Below are positions 59,294-64,000 of a stretch of 64,000 bases of DNA, one piece after another. Both the position numbers and the translations under genes were made by a program. Within the stretch, counting starts at the first letter, position 1, and each line of letters starts with the position of its first letter. This DNA comes from Dehalococcoidia bacterium. GTDB taxonomy: Bacteria > Chloroflexota > Dehalococcoidia > Tepidiformales > Tepidiformaceae. The notes under the pieces were generated by a model. It did not search any database, was not told the DNA's origin, and was given only the letters and a program-made list of their open reading frames with translations. The DNA lies in NCBI GenBank assembly GCA_020847985.1, contig JADLBC010000025.1, positions 24,124-88,123 on the forward strand. The letters are read 5' to 3'.

Positions 59294-60538
59294 TCATCCA
59301 CTCCACCCGAGCCGGCGGGCGAGTTCGCGGTCCGCCGCGATCAAGCTGGCCCACTCCAAACCGTAGCGCCGCAGTACGGCCAGCCGCTCGGCTGCTTCCA
59401 ACGATGGCGGCGAGCCTATGCCGAGTCCGATTTCCGGCCACTTAGCCGTCACTGTCTCGTAGTGCTCGGACGCAGCACGCGACACCAGTTCCCATGCCTG
59501 GAACGCCATCAGAAGCAGATGATCCGGTGGCGTTGCGCACTCGAACGCCGGTTGTCGATAATCGAGACGATCGAACTCCGCGAGACCCGCACTCCTGAGT
59601 GCCTGCTGACGCAAGATGCAAGACCCGCATCGCCCGCACTGTTTGGCCCGCTTATCGCGGAGCGGAAAACCGTCACAGGAGACCGTCCAGGCGATGAATG
59701 GCTTCAGGTCATCCGGGATCCCGGCGACTAGCTCCGCTTTGGTGTAGCCCCGGTACGGGAGGTCGATTGATACCGCGAAGCCCGCGGCGTCGAAGACTTG
59801 CTGAAGCTGTTGAACGACATGGGGATGGGTCGATTTGGTGGCCTGGGCACCCATCTGATGCTCAACGAGGCGCGGGTTGAGCGATCCGTAGCCATTCTCG
59901 AAGATCAGCACCCGGTGCGCCCCGGACCAACTCGCCACAGCAACGGCGACAGCGGAGTAAAGGAAACCGCGCGTTCGCTGGGAGCGCTCCACATCTGGCG
60001 CCTCGATGAGGTTCACTGGGACCGGCAGGTGCACCACACGATCGGGATACAGTTCACCCAGCGCCGATGCCAAATCCCGCTGGATCTTCCCAACCACGGT
60101 GCTGGAGCGCAGGGAGAGGAGTCCGATCCGCCCCGTCGAACGCCCCGCGAGCCAGCGCGCCGCTCCAGCGAACGAATCGAGTCCGCCGGAGAAGAGAGCT
60201 ACTTCATCGATCTGCTGCCCGCGAGCGAACGAGAGCCAAGCCTGCTGCTCTTCAGCCAAGGTCGGACGACCCTCGGCAAACTCCAGACGCCAATGGTCGT
60301 CGGTGAGCACCGCCAGGGCCTGCTCAAGCACTGGCCCGACATGCACCCAAAGGCGGCGAGAGGATATGGGCAAGCAGACATCCATGGGCCGAATCCACTC
60401 TCGCCCGCGGTGCCGCGAGCGGTCGGCCGCGTAGAGCTGCGCCGCGATGGAAACCAAATCGACCACTTGGGCGTCCGGCGCTTCGGACAGCGCCCGCGTC
60501 GCGGAGCCCAGTGAATAGCGTGGAGCAGTGACCTTCAC
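59294..60538 (-). CDS. QueC-like PP-loop ATPase (7-cyano-7-deazaguanine synthase family) with an extra ~100-aa N-terminal region; C-terminus ...RRLGWSG
   Basis: The PP-loop ALFSGGLDSFAG and the QueC-type Zn cluster SC-x13-CGRCGSCILR are present. The GTG at 60538 overlaps the stop of the upstream ORF (GTGA). The 123 upstream codons of the track ORF are Arg/Pro/Gly-rich and not protein-like. Confidence 0.8.
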   Translation of the reverse strand: MKVTAPRYSLGSATRALSEAPDAQVVDLVSIAAQLYAADRSRHRGREWIRPMDVCLPISSRRLWVHVGPVLEQALAVLTDDHWRLEFAEGRPTLAEEQQAWLSFARGQQIDEVALFSGGLDSFAGAARWLAGRSTGRIGLLSLRSSTVVGKIQRDLASALGELYPDRVVHLPVPVNLIEAPDVERSQRTRGFLYSAVAVAVASWSGAHRVLIFENGYGSLNPRLVEHQMGAQATKSTHPHVVQQLQQVFDAAGFAVSIDLPYRGYTKAELVAGIPDDLKPFIAWTVSCDGFPLRDKRAKQCGRCGSCILRQQALRSAGLAEFDRLDYRQPAFECATPPDHLLLMAFQAWELVSRAASEHYETVTAKWPEIGLGIGSPPSLEAAERLAVLRRYGLEWASLIAADRELARRLGWSG

Positions 60539-61089
60539 CGGTGGCTCTCTTGTGTAAGCGATACGCTTATCGCAGTTCCGAGCGTCTCCTCCGCCGACAA
60601 GCGCGTGCGACCTCGGGCTCTTGGCACCTTGCCCTGCATCTGTTGCGTGAAGAACCGATCTAGGCTGGGGACCAGTTGGGCGAGGAGCAGGTCCTCTTGG
60701 CGCCCCGTTGCTACGATGCCTCTCCGCCGTAGGCTGTCGGTGCGGGCGGGTCCAAGGATCCCCTCTGCTAGGCGTCGGCGCACATCGGTCCGCCACCGCT
60801 CGCGGTCTGCTGTCGCAGGAGGATCCTCCCGGAGCGACCGGGCGACCGCACGCTCCGCCGCTCGTACGGTCGCGTCCGACACACCCTGGCTGCCAAACAG
60901 TCGGCACGCGGGCGCCCAGTAGTGGCGCGGCAAGTTGGGGAGCACGTCTCGATCTGGCATCATTCTGACCATGTCAGATGTTCTTGGCATGATGGTGGAC
61001 TTCATCGCGAGCATTGTCAACAGCCCGGTCGAGCCAATGATGAGTGCTGCCGGCCGGCCATGCAGCCGCTGTGGCACAAACGAAGCCAT
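60535..61089 (-). CDS. hypothetical protein translationally coupled to the QueC-like gene
   Basis: This frame is protein-like (…VSDATVRAAERAVARSLRED…DLLLAQLVPSLDRFFTQQMQG…), whereas the overlapping QueC-frame extension is not. Its TGA overlaps the QueC-like GTG. The start is uncertain: ATG 61089 or internal ATGs at 60972, 60963 or 60960. I recognise no family. Confidence 0.45.
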   Translation of the reverse strand: MASFVPQRLHGRPAALIIGSTGLLTMLAMKSTIMPRTSDMVRMMPDRDVLPNLPRHYWAPACRLFGSQGVSDATVRAAERAVARSLREDPPATADRERWRTDVRRRLAEGILGPARTDSLRRRGIVATGRQEDLLLAQLVPSLDRFFTQQMQGKVPRARGRTRLSAEETLGTAISVSLTQESHR

Positions 61090-61246
61090 GCCGCAGTCCG
61101 GCAGATGCGGGGCGGCTATCGTTATGGACTGGTCATCGCGACCGCACCGTTCAAGGTTTCCGCCTCCGGTCCGGGCGCACCGACGGGCTCGACGACGCGA
61201 AGGGCCCCCGGGGCTTTCACCGACGTCCGGTGCCTGCGAGGAGAAG

Positions 61247-61263
61247 GCGACAGCGTCTGTCGC
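61247..61263. promoter_or_regulatory. 7-bp palindrome GCGACAG-CGT-CTGTCGC in the divergent control region
   Basis: Read directly. It sits 11 nt upstream of the putative -35 of the plus-strand operon. Confidence 0.35.
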
Positions 61264-61273
61264 ACATATGTTC

Positions 61274-61303
61274 TTGACTAGGTTGCAGCCGTGGCTCTAC
61301 CGT
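61274..61303 (+). promoter_or_regulatory. candidate sigma-70-type promoter TTGACT-N18-TACCGT for the micro-ORF/E2-E1/JAB operon
   Basis: The hexamers were read directly. They lie about 40 nt upstream of the micro-ORF ATG. Confidence 0.3.
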
Positions 61304-61344
61304 GAAATGAAATTAGCAACGCGCATAAGCGCTTGGAGGTTCAG

Positions 61345-61464
61345 ATGGCTGACACAGAACGGGAGCGGCCTGATCATCCGCCCCACCCTGAGCATCCTCC
61401 TCATCCGCCTCATCCGGAGCCGGGTCGCAAGCCGCCGCGGCCTCCTGGTCGCCCGTACGGATAG
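61345..61464 (+). CDS. 39-codon His/Pro-repeat micro-ORF ending in Gly (MADTERERPDHPPHPEHPPHPPHPEPGRKPPRPPGRPYG)
   Basis: GGAGG at 61335-61339 lies 5 nt before the ATG at 61345. Five tandem 9-nt units encode HP[PE] at 61375-61419. The TAG at 61462-61464 lies 2 nt before the GTG of the E2-E1 gene. It is below the ORF-track size cutoff. Confidence 0.4.
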   Translation: MADTERERPDHPPHPEHPPHPPHPEPGRKPPRPPGRPYG

Positions 61465-61466
61465 CT

Positions 61467-63212
61467 GTGCGCACGCCGTGGTTCGAGCGCGACGCGTCGC
61501 TCCTCGACCGAGAACTCACCGCCATTAGTAATGCGGGGTTCGAGTTCGCCCTGGAAGCTGCGCCGCGAGCCCTGGGCTTCATCGTTCTGAGGGGCAGGCT
61601 CCATGTTGGCTCAGAGCGGTTCGAGTCAGAGCTGCTGTACCCGGCGTCGTTCCCGTTCGGACGGCCAGAAGTCCGCGTGAACCTGAGACTTCCGCGGCAC
61701 TCATCGCCCTACGATCGAGTTCTGTGCCTCTGGCCGGGTGCGGCTGAAGACTGGGACTGGAACGAGAACGAAGGTCAGCAAGGCGCCTACACACTTGAGC
61801 GTGCCGTGGCGCTGCTCAGCATTCGAGGTGACGTAGACGAACTCCGCCGCCAGTCGGAGCGAAGCCCAGACCGCCAAAGCCGCTACTTGTTCGCGCCCGA
61901 CTCGGGGGCGCTCCTGATCCCGGCCGCACTTGATGGAGATGTGCCCTCAGACTCGTGGGGCCGGGCCGAGATAACCATGCTCGGCGCCAACACGGCCCGA
62001 ATTGGCGTGCTCACACGACTTGAGATCTTCGCGCGCGACGGTTCGACCTTGGGGGATCGTACGGCCGAGCCGGAAATCGCGGCAGCCCTAGTCCGGCCAG
62101 ATGCCCTGAAAGTCAGCGCCCGATGGGTGAAGCTGAAGCGCTATCCGCCTTTCAAGAACACGCGCGACGAATTCGAATCGCATTTTCCAGATTGGGTCAA
62201 CCAGCAGCTCCCGGCGACCGGCAAGGTCGCCCTCTCAGCCAATGCCCAAATCCGGATGCTCGGGGCAGCATTCCCGGAGGAGTGGCAGTGGAGTAAAGAG
62301 TCCGACGAGCTCGAATTCCGCGACGAGTGGGTGTTCGTCCTCGAATCGAGACAACCTGGAGGGCTGAGGAGGCATACCTACCGGCCGTTTCGCCTGGGGA
62401 AGGAGCACACGTTCGCGCGCAACCCTTCGCTGGCCGCACTGGACTCCAAGCGGGTAACGGTCGTGGGCCTTGGAGCACTCGGGTCGCCGATTGCACTCGG
62501 ACTAGCCCGTGCTGGCGTCGGGGCTCTCGTGCTGTTGGACCACGACATCGTCGAAACGGGAAATGCGCAGCGCGGTGCCTTCGATATCCTCGCTGCTGGG
62601 ACGCTCAAAACCGAGGAGATGAGGCGCCGGATCTTGTCGGTCAACCCGTACGCGCAGATTTCGATCGTCAACGGGCCTTGGGGTGGCATCCACACCGATG
62701 GATCTACGGTGGAAGACCTCGATGAGGTGTGGAAGATCGTGAGTTCGAGCGACCTCATCGTCGCTGCCGTTGCGAGCTACGAAACATCGCTAGATTTGCA
62801 GATGGTCGCGATTGAGCAGCGGATCCCACTTCTCTACACCGATGTAGTGCAGGGAGCATGGGGAGGGCGAGCGTTCTTGTATCGTCCAGGCCTGACAGGC
62901 TGTCTCGGTTGCCTCTACGCGCTACTGGCGACCACCCCGGAAATGTCTCCTGTCGCTAGCCCGGAGCCCGAGGTCCTGCCGGCGAACTGCGTTGCGCCGA
63001 CCTTCACCGGGAGCGGATTCGACATTGAGTCGGTGGCGACCATCGCCGTGAGACTCGCCGTCCAGGCGCTAGTCGCGCGCGACGACGGCTACCCCGCCGA
63101 GACCGCGAACTACGTCGTGTACCAGGCTGTCGGCACGCCAGACGCACCTGAGATCAGGAACTGGTCCGTCGTGCCCCGCCCTGAATGCGCCGTGTGTGCT
63201 GCCCACCCATGA
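61467..63212 (+). CDS. Cap2-like fusion protein: N-terminal E2 (UBC-like) domain plus C-terminal E1 (ThiF/MoeB-type adenylation) domain
   Basis: The E2 core is LYPASFPFGRPEVRV...HSSPYDRVLC(87)LW...W...LERAVALLS. The E1 part has RVTVVGLGALGSPIALGLARAG, LLDHD and NAQR. It also has CxxC pairs at 479/482 and 574/577, plus Cys508. Confidence 0.85.
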   Translation: MRTPWFERDASLLDRELTAISNAGFEFALEAAPRALGFIVLRGRLHVGSERFESELLYPASFPFGRPEVRVNLRLPRHSSPYDRVLCLWPGAAEDWDWNENEGQQGAYTLERAVALLSIRGDVDELRRQSERSPDRQSRYLFAPDSGALLIPAALDGDVPSDSWGRAEITMLGANTARIGVLTRLEIFARDGSTLGDRTAEPEIAAALVRPDALKVSARWVKLKRYPPFKNTRDEFESHFPDWVNQQLPATGKVALSANAQIRMLGAAFPEEWQWSKESDELEFRDEWVFVLESRQPGGLRRHTYRPFRLGKEHTFARNPSLAALDSKRVTVVGLGALGSPIALGLARAGVGALVLLDHDIVETGNAQRGAFDILAAGTLKTEEMRRRILSVNPYAQISIVNGPWGGIHTDGSTVEDLDEVWKIVSSSDLIVAAVASYETSLDLQMVAIEQRIPLLYTDVVQGAWGGRAFLYRPGLTGCLGCLYALLATTPEMSPVASPEPEVLPANCVAPTFTGSGFDIESVATIAVRLAVQALVARDDGYPAETANYVVYQAVGTPDAPEIRNWSVVPRPECAVCAAHP

Positions 63213-63694
63213 GCCGCCTATTCGTCGTCCGGGCCGTTGTTGAAGCCATCGAGGAGGAAGCAAAGCGCTCCAGATGGACCGAGACTGGCGGCGTGCTCGT
63301 CGGTTATTGGTCCTCGGACGATGACTTGGTCGTGGTTGACGCGGTGGTGGCTTCCCGTCGTTCGCGGCGATCGCCTAGCGGCTTCGAGTCCTCTGTTCCC
63401 GATGACTGGGCAACGATTGAGGAAGTGGTGAGGGCAAGCTCGGGCGCGTTCACTTACATAGGCGACTGGCACAGCCATCCCTTGGGCGGGTGCCGCCCGA
63501 GTCGTCGGGATTTCGAAACGACGGTGAAGGTCTCTCGGTCACGCGACGCGGACACCCAGAGGCCGTTGCTTTGGATAGCGGCGCGCCAACGCCCGCTCGT
63601 CGGAGATATCGAACACGGGGCATTCTTGCTCCTCGGGCCCGACAAGCTCACTCAGATGCGCATCAGGACGTTGGACTCCGTGCCCGGCGCGTAG
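63209..63694 (+). CDS. Cap3-like JAB/JAMM (MPN+) metalloisopeptidase
   Basis: ETGGVLVG ... GDWHSHPLGGCRPSRRD gives the E, HxH, S and D JAMM motif. The start forms an ATGA overlap with the E2-E1 stop. Confidence 0.85.
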   Translation: MSRLFVVRAVVEAIEEEAKRSRWTETGGVLVGYWSSDDDLVVVDAVVASRRSRRSPSGFESSVPDDWATIEEVVRASSGAFTYIGDWHSHPLGGCRPSRRDFETTVKVSRSRDADTQRPLLWIAARQRPLVGDIEHGAFLLLGPDKLTQMRIRTLDSVPGA

Positions 63695-64000
63695 GCCGTG
63701 GACGACCTTGGCCCACACCAGTACAAGGTCGTGCTCGTCAAAGATTCCGTCTTTTCGGCCTCCTGCTGAAGGACCGGTTCCTCGCTCTCAGGGTGCCGAA
63801 TTCCGCCGACATCGCTGCGGTACAAATCGAAGACCACCTCGCGAACCATCGCATCAATCCTGAGCTGCTCCGTTCTGATAACTTCACGTCGCTTCGAGCG
63901 TCGGCAGGCCGCGTAGACAGTGCTTGTTCCTCGGCTGGCAGGTCGCTCTCTGCTGTCAGCTAGCTTCCGAACTCGTAGGCGGTTGCTATCCGAGACACAA
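63652..64000 (-). CDS. possible 3' end of an unidentified convergent gene; the frame is open to the window edge
   Basis: The minus-strand frame is open from nt 64000 to the TGA at 63652-63654 (…EVIRTEQLRIDAMVREVVFDLYRSDVGGIRHPESEEPVLQQEAEK…). It overlaps the JAB 3' end by 43 nt. I recognise no family. Confidence 0.25.
   Translation of the reverse strand, partial: CVSDSNRLRVRKLADSRERPASRGTSTVYAACRRSKRREVIRTEQLRIDAMVREVVFDLYRSDVGGIRHPESEEPVLQQEAEKTESLTSTTLYWCGPRSSTAYAPGTESNVLMRI

Larger units (their letters stand above)
54009..64000. mobile_element. tRNA-Met-associated genomic (defence) island; the far end lies beyond the window
   Basis: It starts at the tRNA 3'-fragment repeat. Gene content switches from housekeeping to TA, Abi and conjugation-enzyme genes, and GC/GC3 looks visibly lower. 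No integrase is seen in the window; one is expected next to the intact tRNA copy further right. Confidence 0.6.

Noticed and set aside
59294-60907. The full 537-aa track ORF taken as the QueC-like protein
   Set aside because: The first 123 codons are Arg/Pro/Gly-rich, low-complexity and not protein-like. They lie in an alternative frame of a better-looking ORF whose stop overlaps an internal GTG (GTGA at 60535-60538). I start the QueC-like gene at 60538.
60935-61528. A 197-aa plus-strand ORF spanning the divergent intergenic region
   Set aside because: Only the first ~20 residues look protein-like and the rest is Arg/Pro/Ser-rich. It is antisense to the upstream minus-strand ORF, runs across the promoter-like region and into the E2-E1 gene out of frame, and has no RBS.

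Overview
This is a 64-kb window from a very high-GC bacterial chromosome. No rRNA genes or CRISPR arrays are visible.

Core region (1 to about 53.9 kb). This is ordinary housekeeping and metabolic DNA:
- CoA-transferase, crotonase and acyl-CoA dehydrogenase
- cinA, ku, ispG, valS, recQ, rpsT
- a SAM-riboswitch-like leader followed by metK
- a three-gene GDP-mannose cassette
- pepA, a 2-oxoacid dehydrogenase E1a/E1b/E2 operon, xerD-like, yajC-secD-secF
- a GGDEF protein, a CoxSML-type molybdoenzyme, a UvrA paralog and an ECF/SigJ-like sigma factor

Most long ORFs in the six-frame track are off-frame or antisense shadows of these genes, as expected at this GC content. Several true starts lie well inside the listed ORFs.

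Accessory region (53964 to the window edge). At 53964-54008 there is a 45-nt 3' fragment of an initiator-type tRNA-Met(CAT). It has no foldable 5' half, which fits an att repeat. From there to the window edge the DNA looks visibly less GC-rich and carries a one-directional stack of conflict genes:
- an HNH_5-like nuclease
- AbiEi/AbiEii
- an excisionase-type HTH protein
- a PIN protein
- a fused XRE-ImmA/IrrE metallopeptidase
- a QueC-like PP-loop ATPase and a translationally coupled unknown ORF

Main candidate. Divergent from that stack is an operon of three ORFs:
- a 39-codon His/Pro-repeat micro-ORF that ends in Gly
- a Cap2-like E2-E1 fusion
- a Cap3-like JAB isopeptidase

I could not recognise a CD-NTase, a CBASS effector or a beta-grasp ubiquitin-like gene in the visible part of the island. 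I consider this QueC-like / micro-ORF / E2-E1 / JAB locus (about 59.3-63.7 kb) the best candidate for an undescribed system.

Other notable items:
- a decayed hicA next to an intact hicB
- a MoaD/ThiS-like protein whose Gly-Gly motif is internal and is followed by a truncated methyltransferase
- duplicated terminator hairpins in the metK leader

All calls rest on reading the sequence and translations by eye. No database search was run.
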